From Planctomycetota bacterium (GTDB lineage: Bacteria; Planctomycetota; UBA1135; UBA2386), in the NCBI GenBank assembly GCA_965223545.1, contig OZ245006.1, positions 2,624,001-2,688,000 on the forward strand: DNA of 64,000 bases, written 5' to 3'. Below, in pieces: positions 28,801 through 37,565 of this stretch; positions within the stretch are counted from its first letter, which is position 1, and each line of letters opens with the position of its first letter. Made by a program: the position numbers and the translations under genes. Under the pieces are notes generated by a model. The model saw nothing but the letters and a program-made list of their open reading frames with translations, made no database searches and was not told the origin of the DNA.

Positions 28801-29598
28801 GCGCAGAAACAGGCGCAGAGTCGCCGGCGACAGTTCGAACACCGTCTCCACCAGCAGCAAGACCATCAGCAGCAGCAGGAGCAGCAGACTGGTGATCTCG
28901 AGCAGGCGGGCGCCGCGCGCCGTCAGCCAGCGCTCGAGTCGCTGCGCCAGGACGCGGTCGCAGGCCTGCCGCCGCAGCCGCGTGCCGAGTGCACGCACCG
29001 AACGGCGCTCGATGCGATCGCCGATCGCCAACAGCACATCGGCGGTCTCCTCCAGCAGAGCGATGCGGTGCGGCAGCTGCAGGTCTTCTTCGTCGGTGGC
29101 GACCGCGGCATAGCGCTCGCGCACCTCATCGATGATCGACGCATCACGCGGCAGGGCATCGACGCGGCGCCGGATCTCGTCGCCGAGCGCAGCCGCGCGG
29201 GCCGCGGCACCCGCCACCCGCAGCGTGGCACGCAGCTCCGCCAGATCGAACAAAACGGCGGCGTCCGTGTCCGGCGCGCTGCGCAGCTGCTGCTCGGCGT
29301 GCTCGAGGGCCCGGTCGTTGGCGACCTCGAACGCGTCGCGCAGCGCGGCCGACGCGCCGGGTCGCGCCGCCTGGTGCGCCAAGAACCGCCGTTCGACCGC
29401 CAGCAGCTCGACCTGCAGACCGGTGTCCTCCGTGGCGCGCTCGCGCGCCGTGCGCAGGCGCTCGACCAGCTCGATCGGATCCTCGGGCACCGCGCGGAGC
29501 AGGTCCGCCAGTGCTGTATCCAGGTCGGCGTTGGTCTCGACTTCGGTCACGGAGTTGGCTGCTCTACCGCGCGGATTGCCGCCCCGGCGGTTCTTCAC
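25888..29598 (-). CDS. Large protein with an ion-transport (voltage-sensor S1-S4-like) domain
   Basis: ID..VC.FF..EF..KL, W..RN..TDLL..LP, RLLRLMR..RLLR; GTGA overlap with the GDPD stop. Confidence 0.7.
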   Translation of the reverse strand: MKNRRGGNPRGRAANSVTEVETNADLDTALADLLRAVPEDPIELVERLRTARERATEDTGLQVELLAVERRFLAHQAARPGASAALRDAFEVANDRALEHAEQQLRSAPDTDAAVLFDLAELRATLRVAGAAARAAALGDEIRRRVDALPRDASIIDEVRERYAAVATDEEDLQLPHRIALLEETADVLLAIGDRIERRSVRALGTRLRRQACDRVLAQRLERWLTARGARLLEITSLLLLLLLMVLLLVETVFELSPATLRLFLRIDIAVCAFFVAEFFFKLALAPARLSWFLRNALTDLLPALPAALLFLNVPHMPAPSDTIWVRLLRLMRVAYFARYINALRPALRLLRVGLLMVRGLDFLVARFSWLLNRDFVFFERDAEVGAEPSVGRSRRSLLFRALRREHVLLAEVPRGERGAVLVQRAERLHDAYAATAADDGPEPGAVESLRVRGARPDGRDVPVERVLDLLNDLRPDELSHWLARRDIDALDRVAKVINSSVVRRLPFLRKLRSGRPGTTPEDRVVQLGRRVAHRLATWRERALFVADLHGILTGPQILDRVATAMVNASKRPAVRLLLFGGLFVAVRLVVGEDTMAGRFLERFVATPLIVLGAICLVLLTLGRWLKRLAGEASETLTRTAEAHFIGLLDLLKRRDEDVDVAFLARRVFRWEMPSEEAQWALASQVMAIRRGRLGPVSALPANVRQDAYRVALLYVHYLDGGILHQSDVSTAQQLLANLSLQNIRNEHLRHGKRAIRRLRRLALEDGPVLGGPFLWFRCITESLALESAKRVIDYNQHCVTKVQRAKRPPEVGARMDLWVAKRRAQLSGRILEKVEVPGHGEGYTTTEFNALDFTSVDAERDAYLAAEFGDEVRDLLIADRQRMVREIFGTKPLDRLPREQRTINFYRFYQRRLSSGRILLLPFYWLWAVCKLLRLGVLKTVEIVREIMVPASVRATRLSGRAPFAVALRKIHRMRAPGLLEAMRTRVEFDPAYCGAPIGWTGDGVLEEHAELDRDIAFLRLDAAERQQLLARAERMRRLVEAGHVRLRALPLLDDQDDPLARRLGERAVTIAYVTDRQQLRTLLTAEEWFENRLAVFESRGVSALTIFLEGLRARIAFWRQSVVARWLAARHADRRLSRRARAGFERDYRRRGSRARRTIDAWDALPPGQSPGESAGTVAREVFANHGEVSRELAALRTVQSVSVLDVRNYKKLVFDLGGFAADGEDAAVAEELP

Positions 29599-30713
29599 GC
29601 CAGCTGGCGACCGCAGCGCAGGGCTTGCCGGCGCAGCGCGCCCGGCTTGTCGGTGAGGATGGCTTGCACGCCGAGTTCGAGCAACCGGCGGTTCTCTGCC
29701 TTGTCATTGATGGTCCAGCCGATCAAGCGCCGCACCGGCGTCGACGGCTCGTTGGCGTTGTGCTCGGCGCACAAGGCAACGTCGTGCTCGATGATCTCCT
29801 GGTAGATCCGCCACGCACCCAGCGTCAGGGCCGGCCGCCCGACGCTGGCGTAGCTGTTGCCGTGCTCGATCGCGGCCCTGGCACCGCTGTGCTCGGTCGG
29901 CGTCAACACCACGCCGGGCGGCACCTCGATGTCGTACGAGACCGGGCGCCCGGGCGCGACCTGCTTGAGCCGTTCGAGCACGGCCTGGTGCGGCGTCATG
30001 AACACCGCTTCGAACCCGGCCCGGTGCGCATCGAGCTGCGCGCAGATCGAATCCACGAACGGCTGGACCAGGTCGACGTCGTCTTCGGGCACCTTCAGGT
30101 CCAAGAACACCGCCTGCAGCTCCGGCCGCGGGCCGGCCCACTGCAAGAACTCCTCGAAGGTCGGGATGTGCGCCTCGACCTTGCGGAAGAACAGGAAGAA
30201 GCGCTTGCGCTTGTAGCCATAGTGCCGGCGCAGCTCCGCCAACGTCAGCTCGGGCACCGGCCGGCGGAAGTCGTCCCATAGATCCGGCGCGTCGGGATAG
30301 AACTTGACGTTCGGCTCCAGCCCGAGCTGCCGCGCCAGCGCCACCGCGTCGTTGGGCAGCCAGTCGTGCCACAGCACGACGTGCCCGTCCTTGGTGAACG
30401 ACAGATCGATCTCGACGGCGTTGGCGCCTTCGACCTCGACCGCGCGGCGCATCGCCGGGATCGTGTTCTCGACCTCGCGCACCGGACTGCCGCGGTGGCC
30501 CACGACGAGGAAGTCGCGCGCGGCCCCCGTCGCTCGCTGCGGCCGCGGCGTCGCCGCCCGGTCCACCACCCGCCGCACCGCATCCAAGCCGCGCCGCCAG
30601 CGAAAACGGGCATCCGCCCCCAACCGCGCCAGCGGCGACCAACTCCGGCCGCGGCGCTGCGCGCCCTCGTGCAGCCGCCGCGCTACCTCGAGCCGATACG
30701 CATCGCTACTCAT
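29595..30713 (-). CDS. Glycerophosphodiester phosphodiesterase
   Basis: GHRG..ENT, EID..TKDG.VV.HD, DLK, WTIND, GV..ILTD.P. Confidence 0.88.
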   Translation of the reverse strand: MSSDAYRLEVARRLHEGAQRRGRSWSPLARLGADARFRWRRGLDAVRRVVDRAATPRPQRATGAARDFLVVGHRGSPVREVENTIPAMRRAVEVEGANAVEIDLSFTKDGHVVLWHDWLPNDAVALARQLGLEPNVKFYPDAPDLWDDFRRPVPELTLAELRRHYGYKRKRFFLFFRKVEAHIPTFEEFLQWAGPRPELQAVFLDLKVPEDDVDLVQPFVDSICAQLDAHRAGFEAVFMTPHQAVLERLKQVAPGRPVSYDIEVPPGVVLTPTEHSGARAAIEHGNSYASVGRPALTLGAWRIYQEIIEHDVALCAEHNANEPSTPVRRLIGWTINDKAENRRLLELGVQAILTDKPGALRRQALRCGRQLA

Positions 30714-30740
30714 CCCAACGAGCGTACGGAGAGGCGCGCA

Positions 30741-30842
30741 GAACGTACGGAGTCAGGCTCGATTTTCTCGCTTCGCCGGCGCGCCGCCGCCTGCGGCGGC
30801 GCGCCGGCGAAGCGAGAAAATCGAGCCTGACTCCGTACGTTC
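30741..30842. repeat. Perfect 50-bp-arm palindrome made of two family A copies (REPIN-like)
   Basis: 30741-30790 is the exact reverse complement of 30793-30842, with a 2-nt centre. Confidence 0.95.
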
Positions 30843-30856
30843 GATACCGTCTCGCC

Positions 30857-31696
30857 GTGGTGCGGATCGTGCAGCTGACGGACCTACACCTGACCGCCGA
30901 TGGACGGGCCCGGGCGTGGAGGTCGGATGTCTGGGGCAGCTTCCGCCGGGCGTTGCGCGCGTTGGAGGCGCTGGAACCCCTCGATCGTTTGGTGCTCACC
31001 GGCGATCTGGTCAACCAGCGGCGGGCGGAGACCTACGCGCGTTTGGCGGAGGCATTGCAACCCTGGTGGTCGCGGCTGCTCGTCGTGCCCGGCAATCACG
31101 ATCACCGCGAGCTCTGCCGCGCGGCGTTCGCCGACCGGTTCGTCGCGGGGCGCCCGACGCTCAACTTCGACGACGTCTGCGGTGACACGCGTCTGCTCGG
31201 ACTGGACTCCCTGTGGCGTGGCCGGGTCGTCGGCCGGCTCGGCAAAGAGCAGCTGCGCTGGCTCGAGACGGCGCTCGCCAGCGCCGATCTGCCAGTTCTT
31301 GTGTTCGTCCACCATCCGCCGGTCCGCGTCGGATGCTGGTGGCTCGACAAGGACATCCTGCGCGACCGCGCCGCGCTCGCCGCCATCGTGCACCGCTCCC
31401 CCGTTCGGGTCGAAGCGATCTTCACCGGCCACGTCCACCAGCAATTGCTCGGGCAGCTGGAAGGCGTGCCGGTGCACACGACGCCTTCGACCGCCTACCA
31501 GTTTCCGCCGCGCGCCCGGCGCCCACACGCGGTGCAGCGCGGCCAGCCCGGCTTCCGCCTGATCGAGGTCGACGCCGGGCTCTACCGCACAGCGGTGGTC
31601 TACCCCGTCGAAAACCAAAGCCTCGAGTGGTCGGTCAACACCACCGCGGCGGAGACTTCTTCAAACTCCGATAGCGCTCGCGATCGCGACTCTTGA
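30857..31696 (+). CDS. Metallophosphoesterase, CpdA/Icc-like
   Basis: TDLH, TGDL, PGNHD, HHPP, GHVH, PST..QF. Confidence 0.88.
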   Translation: MVRIVQLTDLHLTADGRARAWRSDVWGSFRRALRALEALEPLDRLVLTGDLVNQRRAETYARLAEALQPWWSRLLVVPGNHDHRELCRAAFADRFVAGRPTLNFDDVCGDTRLLGLDSLWRGRVVGRLGKEQLRWLETALASADLPVLVFVHHPPVRVGCWWLDKDILRDRAALAAIVHRSPVRVEAIFTGHVHQQLLGQLEGVPVHTTPSTAYQFPPRARRPHAVQRGQPGFRLIEVDAGLYRTAVVYPVENQSLEWSVNTTAAETSSNSDSARDRDS

Positions 31697-32567
31697 CCAC
31701 TTCGTTCTCGACCAGTCCATCCATGCTACAGCTGTAGAACAGCGCCCGCTTGGTGCCGACCCGGGGTCGCCCCAAGAGCCGCCGCGCCGCCGGAGCAGCA
31801 GGTACCGGCGCGGCTTGCACGGCGAGAAAGCAGTATGGCAGGGCGCGCAGGTCGATGCCGACGGCGCGGGCGCAGCGCACCCAGTCCGCGTCGCGAAACA
31901 CTTCCGGTGGAGGTGCGGCGAAGAAATGGCACCAGTGGCCTGCTTCGCCGTCGGCAAGCGCCGGGCACGCCGCTTCATGGGTGCAGGGCGCGACGACCGA
32001 CCGCCCCGCCGCAAGCCGGCCGCGCAGCGCACCGAGGGCGCGGCTGACCGCACGGCTGCCGGGCTCGACCCACCACACGCGCTGGCTGCGGTCGGCGAGT
32101 TCCAGCAGCAGCGCGACCTCGCGCTCGCCCAGCTCGTCCAAGACATGGCTGACCAGCAGCAGGTCGGGCCGACAGTCACCGAGAACGTGCGCCGCCGCGA
32201 CCGGGCGCGCGCGCCCCACCGACCCGTCCACGGCGCGCGCGGCGTACTCGGCCGCGCGCGCCGAGCGGTCGAGCAGGACCGCCTCGCCCACGCTCCACCG
32301 CCGCGCGACCTGCCGAGTCGCGACACCGGTGCCGCAGCCGAAGTCGACGACCAGGCCGAAGTGGTCGGCGCCCCCGTTCCGCAGCGCGATCTCATCGAGC
32401 ACCGCGTCCCATTTCCAGCCGATCCGCGCGGCAAACACCGCGTCGTAGTGGAGGAGATCGGCATCGTCGCGCCAGTAGTCGGCGACCCGACCCGGCCGCT
32501 CACCGGCGAGCAAGAAGCGGTCTCGCAGATGCGCCAGACGGTCGAGCTCGAGCGGGGGCAGCGGCAT
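31635..32567 (-). CDS. Rsm22-family SAM-dependent methyltransferase
   Basis: VDFGCGTG, HVLDEL, VEPG, APCTH..CP, WCHF. Confidence 0.8.
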   Translation of the reverse strand: MPLPPLELDRLAHLRDRFLLAGERPGRVADYWRDDADLLHYDAVFAARIGWKWDAVLDEIALRNGGADHFGLVVDFGCGTGVATRQVARRWSVGEAVLLDRSARAAEYAARAVDGSVGRARPVAAAHVLGDCRPDLLLVSHVLDELGEREVALLLELADRSQRVWWVEPGSRAVSRALGALRGRLAAGRSVVAPCTHEAACPALADGEAGHWCHFFAAPPPEVFRDADWVRCARAVGIDLRALPYCFLAVQAAPVPAAPAARRLLGRPRVGTKRALFYSCSMDGLVENEVVKSRDRERYRSLKKSPPRWC

Positions 32568-32582
32568 CGTCAGTGGGAAGCA

Positions 32583-33479
32583 CTACCACGGCGGCGCGAA
32601 GCTCGGCGCCGCACCGGCGCGCGGCTCTGGCCGCAGCTCCAGGGTGCGCACGCCGATCGGCTGCAGCGACGTGACCACCAGCCGCCGCAACCGGTAGCTG
32701 TCGGGCGCCACATCGATCTCGACCCACGCGACATCGCGACCGCCCACGTCGCCAATCCCGCCGGCGCCAGCCCGCAACACCTCGCCACCGGCGTCGGCGT
32801 GCGCACGAAAGTCGAGCGCACGCCTCACCGCGTCGCGGCGCAATGCCGCGAGCAGATCCGGCAGCTCCAAGTCCGCGACGCACAGCGGCACGCCCTCGAC
32901 GATCTCGCCGGCGCCGGCCTCGCTCACCGACCGCTCGAACCGCTGTTCGCCGAGAAGGCCCCAGACGCGCCGGCCGTCGTAGCCCATGCGCACCGGTGCG
33001 GCACCGGCGGTCCCCGTCAGCGCAAACCGGCCCTCGGGCTCGACGGCGCCGCGGACCTCGAACGCGGGCGCGGCACGCGGGCTCGCCCACCCTCGCCAAC
33101 CGCGCACGGCATACTCACTCGGCTCGTGCAGGACGCCCTCGACGGCTGCCGCCAAGATCTGGCTCGCGTCCGGCGCCCACAGCGACCGCGCCCACAGCGC
33201 CGTCGCGACCACGGCCGCCAGCAGGCCAACCAGCGCAATCGCCCGCCCCAAGCGCCTCCGCGTTCGCGGGCCGGCGGTGGGCGACGGCATGCCCGGCGCA
33301 CCCAGGGCTGCCAGCACCCGGCCCTCGGCGGACGGCGCGTCCGCGGCGAATGCCGCGCGCAAGAGACCGTGCACGAACCTCTGCTCGGCGATCGAGCGCA
33401 ACACCTCAGGGTCGCGCGGCGCGGGCAGCGGCCCGTCGTGCAGCGTCTCATCGAACAACGCGGCCCGCTCGTCGCTCAT
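32583..33479 (-). CDS. Putative anti-sigma factor (one TM helix, extracytoplasmic domain)
   Basis: ATGA-coupled to the ECF sigma gene; 'VHGLL' N-terminal motif then a TM helix. Confidence 0.55.
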   Translation of the reverse strand: MSDERAALFDETLHDGPLPAPRDPEVLRSIAEQRFVHGLLRAAFAADAPSAEGRVLAALGAPGMPSPTAGPRTRRRLGRAIALVGLLAAVVATALWARSLWAPDASQILAAAVEGVLHEPSEYAVRGWRGWASPRAAPAFEVRGAVEPEGRFALTGTAGAAPVRMGYDGRRVWGLLGEQRFERSVSEAGAGEIVEGVPLCVADLELPDLLAALRRDAVRRALDFRAHADAGGEVLRAGAGGIGDVGGRDVAWVEIDVAPDSYRLRRLVVTSLQPIGVRTLELRPEPRAGAAPSFAPPW

Positions 33480-34027
33480 CGCCGCACCTCCCGGCGCGCG
33501 GTCGGCACGAGTTGGCGGCGCAGCGCGCGCGCCAACGCGGTCCGTGCCGCTTGCACGACCAGCCGCGCGGCGTCTTCTCCGAGTCCGAGATGGGCGCCGA
33601 TCGTCGCGCAGGACGCACCGCGGTCGTAGTGCATCACCAGCGCGCTCCGCTGCTGCTCGGATAGCGCATCGGTGGCGGCGATGACGCGCGCCATCTGCTG
33701 CCGGCCGTCGGATCCTTCGACCCGGTCCAGTAGCGCGAAGCTCTCCTCGATTCTCGCCAGCATCGGGCGATCACAGTGGTACACCCCGGCGCGGTCGACG
33801 CTGCCGCGCAACCCCAGCAGCCGGCGCGCGGCGAGACCGCGCAGCCAGGGCCCGGCCGGGCTGCGCGGGTCGAGGTGGTCGAGCTCGCGCCGCGCATCGC
33901 CGAAGGTCGCGCGCAGGACGGCTTCGGCGACCCCGGGATCGCGCACGCAGGCGAGCACGAACGCGCGCACGACCTCCAGGTTTGCGCGCACGATGCGCTC
34001 GAACCGATCTTGCCCAGCACCACTCAT
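33476..34027 (-). CDS. ECF sigma-70 factor
   Basis: VRD..VAE.V..ATF, WLRG.A, sigma4-like C-terminus. Confidence 0.7.
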   Translation of the reverse strand: MSGAGQDRFERIVRANLEVVRAFVLACVRDPGVAEAVLRATFGDARRELDHLDPRSPAGPWLRGLAARRLLGLRGSVDRAGVYHCDRPMLARIEESFALLDRVEGSDGRQQMARVIAATDALSEQQRSALVMHYDRGASCATIGAHLGLGEDAARLVVQAARTALARALRRQLVPTARREVRR

Positions 34028-34105
34028 CGCCTTGCCCCCATGGTGAGCGACGGCGGCGCCGGCCGCCAGAGTCGATCGCACCCGGGGCGACGCTTCTTCA
34101 TGCAA

Positions 34106-35413
34106 TCACGGGAAACAGCGCGCGAACGCGCGCAGCCAGCGCAGTCGGCCACGGATCCGGACCCGGCGCCGCAGCAGCGCCCAGACGAGGCTGCGCTCGC
34201 CGGCGAGATAGCCCAACCACGTCTCGCCGTCCGCCGTGACCGTGCTGTGCGCCCGCCCGTGCAAGCCGTCGCGGACCGACAGCGTGCGGTCGCGAATCGC
34301 CACCGTGGCGTCGCCGGCCTGCGCGCCGGTGAAGCGAAAATGATACACCGCGTCGAGCCCCCCGGCCTGACCGCGCTGGAAGGTGAGCGGCAAACCATCC
34401 AAGAACTCCCGCACGCTGCGCGGCCGCAGCGCGTTGCCGACCAGGCGCAGCTGCTTGTGCGGAAACCGCCGGCGCACGTGCGCGGCCGCGTCCGATCCCG
34501 GCAGCGCGTACACCGGCTCGGACTCGGCCTGCAGCGGCTTGACCACTTGCTGTACGAAGGCAGGCCGATCCGCCGCGAACGGGCCGATCACGTCCTCGCC
34601 CGCCGGGCACACCGCCATGCAGTAGGCGGCCTTGTAGTTGGCGCCGAACGACAGGCTCTGCCACATCGACACCGACTCGGTGTCGCGCACGCGACGCCGG
34701 TAGTCGGTCGCGCTCTTGGCGCCGGCGACCTGCTCGGTCCAATCGGTGAAGCCGCTCATGAACTCGCGGTAGTTGTGCGTGTAGCACGCCGAGAAGTCGA
34801 AGTGTCCGTCGGCCCCGATGGCACCGACCGGGCAAGCGGCGACGCAGAGTTTGCACGACAAACACGGGTTGGCGTCCAAGGGCCGGTCATAGTGATCGAC
34901 CGCGGCATCGATGAGCACCGTGCCCAACAGCACGAAGTTGCCGTGCACGGGGTGGATGAGATTGCGGTGGATCCCCATCACGCCCAAGCCCGCCTCCTGT
35001 GCCACCAGCTTGTGCGAGACGACCCAGATCCTGCCGGGGAACTGCTCCATCTCCATCGGGAACCCCATCGACGGACTCAGCGCGCGCACGCCCCGCTCCT
35101 GCAGCGCGGCGACGATGCGCCGGCCGACCTCGTTGACCGCGTCGCCGGTGTGGTGGAACTCGAGATTGGCCACCGATCGGGCCGGCGAGCGGAGCGGTGT
35201 GCGCGCCATGCGACAGACGAACGCGACCAAGGCGCGCGTTCCCGGCAGCGCACGGATCAGATGGGGCCGCTCGCCGACGAGACCCGGGCGTTCGATCTCG
35301 ACGAAGCCGACATCGTCCGCGCCGGCAGACCGGCACAGAGCGCGCAGCTCTTCGGCTGCCCAGACTGGGGACCCCGCGGCGGGCTGCAGCTGTGATGTGG
35401 AAGACTGTTGCAT
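34106..35413 (-). CDS. QueG/reductive-dehalogenase-like 4Fe-4S protein fused to SCP2 sterol-binding domain
   Basis: SHK.VA..AGLG.MG, G.FVLLG, CLSCKLCVAACP, CMAVCP, SCP2-like C-terminus; start 35413 or 35419. Confidence 0.8.
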   Translation of the reverse strand: MQQSSTSQLQPAAGSPVWAAEELRALCRSAGADDVGFVEIERPGLVGERPHLIRALPGTRALVAFVCRMARTPLRSPARSVANLEFHHTGDAVNEVGRRIVAALQERGVRALSPSMGFPMEMEQFPGRIWVVSHKLVAQEAGLGVMGIHRNLIHPVHGNFVLLGTVLIDAAVDHYDRPLDANPCLSCKLCVAACPVGAIGADGHFDFSACYTHNYREFMSGFTDWTEQVAGAKSATDYRRRVRDTESVSMWQSLSFGANYKAAYCMAVCPAGEDVIGPFAADRPAFVQQVVKPLQAESEPVYALPGSDAAAHVRRRFPHKQLRLVGNALRPRSVREFLDGLPLTFQRGQAGGLDAVYHFRFTGAQAGDATVAIRDRTLSVRDGLHGRAHSTVTADGETWLGYLAGERSLVWALLRRRVRIRGRLRWLRAFARCFP

Positions 35414-35420
35414 ATACAAC
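35407..35420. promoter_or_regulatory. Putative operator palindrome over the start of the 4Fe-4S/SCP2 gene
   Basis: GTTGCATATACAAC, an AT-rich imperfect palindrome in a GC-rich context. Confidence 0.5.
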
Positions 35421-35608
35421 CTAGCTCTGCGCTACGAAGCGCTGCGGGGGGCGGTACCGAAACAGGAAACCTTCCGTTGTCCGGGAGTGGCGGCGATCGG
35501 CCCGCTGCCGAATGCGACTCGTCGTTGATCGCGCACGCCCTCGCCGGTACACCCTGCGCGGTCGCCCGCCTGCGCCGGCGACGCCCCAACCCCTTGTGAG
35601 GACGAGCG

Positions 35609-37123
35609 ATGAGCGAAGCGGCCGCGAAAGAACCCGACTTCCAACCCCCGCCGGCCGGAGAGTTCCTGGGCCACCCCACGGCACTTTGGAACTTGTTCGG
35701 CGCCGAGTTCTGGGAGCGCTTCTGCTACTACGGCATGCGCGCCGTGCTCGCCCCGTACGTGGCGATGCAGTTCTTCGCGCACTTCGGCGAACGGGCCGAC
35801 GCCGAGGCCAGCTCGACCTACGGCGGCTACACCGCGATGGTGTACATGACGGGCATCCTCGGCGGCTACGTCGCCGACAAGGTGCTCGGCTACCAGCGCT
35901 CCATCATGCTTGGCGGCGCACTGATGGCGGTCGGCATGTTCATGCTGCTGGCGCCGGACCTGACCACGTTCTTGGTCGGCCTGGCGGTGATCGTCGTCGG
36001 CAACGGCCTGTTCAAGCCCAACATCTCGACGATGGTGGGCAAGCTGTACGCGCCTGGGGACGCGCGCCGCGACTCGGGCTTCACGATCTTCTACATGGGG
36101 ATCAACGCGGGCGCGCTGGTCGCCCCGCTGGTGTGTGGCACCTGGATCGGCGCGAGATGGGGCCTCGAGTACGGCTTCCTCGCCGCCGCCATCGGCATGC
36201 TGGCCGGACTGATGGTGTTCCAGGTCTTCAAGGGCTGGCTCGGCCACGTCGGGCGACCCCTGGAGGACAAGCCCGGACTGGGCCCCATCATTCAGGTCGT
36301 CGCGCTGTGCGCAATCGCGGTGGCGCCGGTCTACCTGTTTCTCAACCGGAGCGAGATCCTGGCGACCGTGCTGGCAGTCATGATGCTCGGCCTCGCCGGC
36401 TGGTTCATCTACAGCGGCATCACCAGCGGCAGCCGCGAGCAGCTGCACCGCTACATCGCGATGCTGATCCTGTTCGTCGCCAACATCTGCTTCTGGACGC
36501 TGTTCGAGCAAGCGGGCTCGTCGTTGAACTTCTTCGCCCGCGACTACTCGACGCCGATGTTCGGCACGATGGACGAATGGGTCGGCGGCGGCTTCACCGC
36601 CTTCCAATCGGTCAACCCGGTCTTCATCCTGCTGCTGGCGCCGGTGTTTGCCGCGCTCTGGCCAAAGCTCGACCAGGTGTCGATGAACCCGTCGATCCCG
36701 CGCAAGTTCAGCTTCGGCTTGCTCGGCGTCGGCCTCGGCTTCTACGCCCTCGTGTTTGCCGCCGGCAACATGCAGGACGAGAGTGGCCGGGTGCCGTGGG
36801 TCATGATCATGCTCTGCTACCTGATCCACACCATGGGCGAGCTCTGCCTGTCACCGATCGGCCTGTCGATGGTGACCAAGCTGGCGCGGCCGAGCGAGAC
36901 CGGTCTGGCGATGGGCGGCTGGTTCCTGTCCATCTCGACGGGCAACTACGTGGCCGGACAGATCGCGAAGATGGCGGCCAGCGGTGGCGGCGATGCCGAA
37001 GCCGGCTCGCTCACCGGCTACGTGCAGGTCTTCGACCAGCTGTTCTGGAGCGGACTGATCGCGGCGGTGGTGTTCTTCATTCTCGCCCCGCTGATCAACA
37101 AGCTGATGCACGGCGTCAAGTGA
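35609..37123 (+). CDS. Proton-dependent oligopeptide transporter (POT/PTR, MFS)
   Basis: EFWERFCYYGM, GNGLFKPN, FTIFYMGIN.G, GELCLSPIGLS. Confidence 0.93.
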   Translation: MSEAAAKEPDFQPPPAGEFLGHPTALWNLFGAEFWERFCYYGMRAVLAPYVAMQFFAHFGERADAEASSTYGGYTAMVYMTGILGGYVADKVLGYQRSIMLGGALMAVGMFMLLAPDLTTFLVGLAVIVVGNGLFKPNISTMVGKLYAPGDARRDSGFTIFYMGINAGALVAPLVCGTWIGARWGLEYGFLAAAIGMLAGLMVFQVFKGWLGHVGRPLEDKPGLGPIIQVVALCAIAVAPVYLFLNRSEILATVLAVMMLGLAGWFIYSGITSGSREQLHRYIAMLILFVANICFWTLFEQAGSSLNFFARDYSTPMFGTMDEWVGGGFTAFQSVNPVFILLLAPVFAALWPKLDQVSMNPSIPRKFSFGLLGVGLGFYALVFAAGNMQDESGRVPWVMIMLCYLIHTMGELCLSPIGLSMVTKLARPSETGLAMGGWFLSISTGNYVAGQIAKMAASGGGDAEAGSLTGYVQVFDQLFWSGLIAAVVFFILAPLINKLMHGVK

Positions 37124-37565
37124 CGCCGCCGCGCGCGCTGCGCCCCAAGCGGCGCAGCGCGGCCGCTCCGCCAGCGCCGACCAGTGCCGCCACCTGCTGC
37201 TGCGCCGCGCTCCAGGGCGCGTGCGCCCGCACCAGCAACCGCCGGCCGGCGGCCGTCAGCGCGAGCTCGTGACTGCGGCCGTCGTCTCCGGCGCCGTACT
37301 CGACCCAGCCGCGCTCGTGCAGCCGCTCGAGGGCGCGGCTGAGGCTCGACTTCTCGAGCTCGAGCGCCGCCACCAAGCGCTGCTGCGCGCACGGTCCGAG
37401 AACGCCCAGCGCGGCCAACACGTTGAGCTGGGTGGCGCGCAGCCCCAGCGGCCGCAGCGCGTCGTCGTAGATCCGCGTCACCACCCGGCTGAGCACGCGC
37501 GCGCGCACCGCCAAGCAGTCGCGCGCCATCGCAGCGGCGGCCTCGCGCGCCGACGGCGCACTCAT
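37116..37565 (-). CDS. MarR-family transcriptional regulator
   Basis: CL..R..SR.VT.IYD.AL.P.GL..TQ, SSLSRAL, DGR...LT.AG. Confidence 0.85.
   Translation of the reverse strand: MSAPSAREAAAAMARDCLAVRARVLSRVVTRIYDDALRPLGLRATQLNVLAALGVLGPCAQQRLVAALELEKSSLSRALERLHERGWVEYGAGDDGRSHELALTAAGRRLLVRAHAPWSAAQQQVAALVGAGGAAALRRLGRSARGGVT

Noticed and set aside
26464..29805. 1113-aa plus-strand ORF
   Set aside because: Antisense shadow of the ion-transport-domain gene
31635..31696. 62-nt convergent overlap of the CpdA-like and Rsm22-like genes
   Set aside because: Common stop-codon drift in GC-rich genomes
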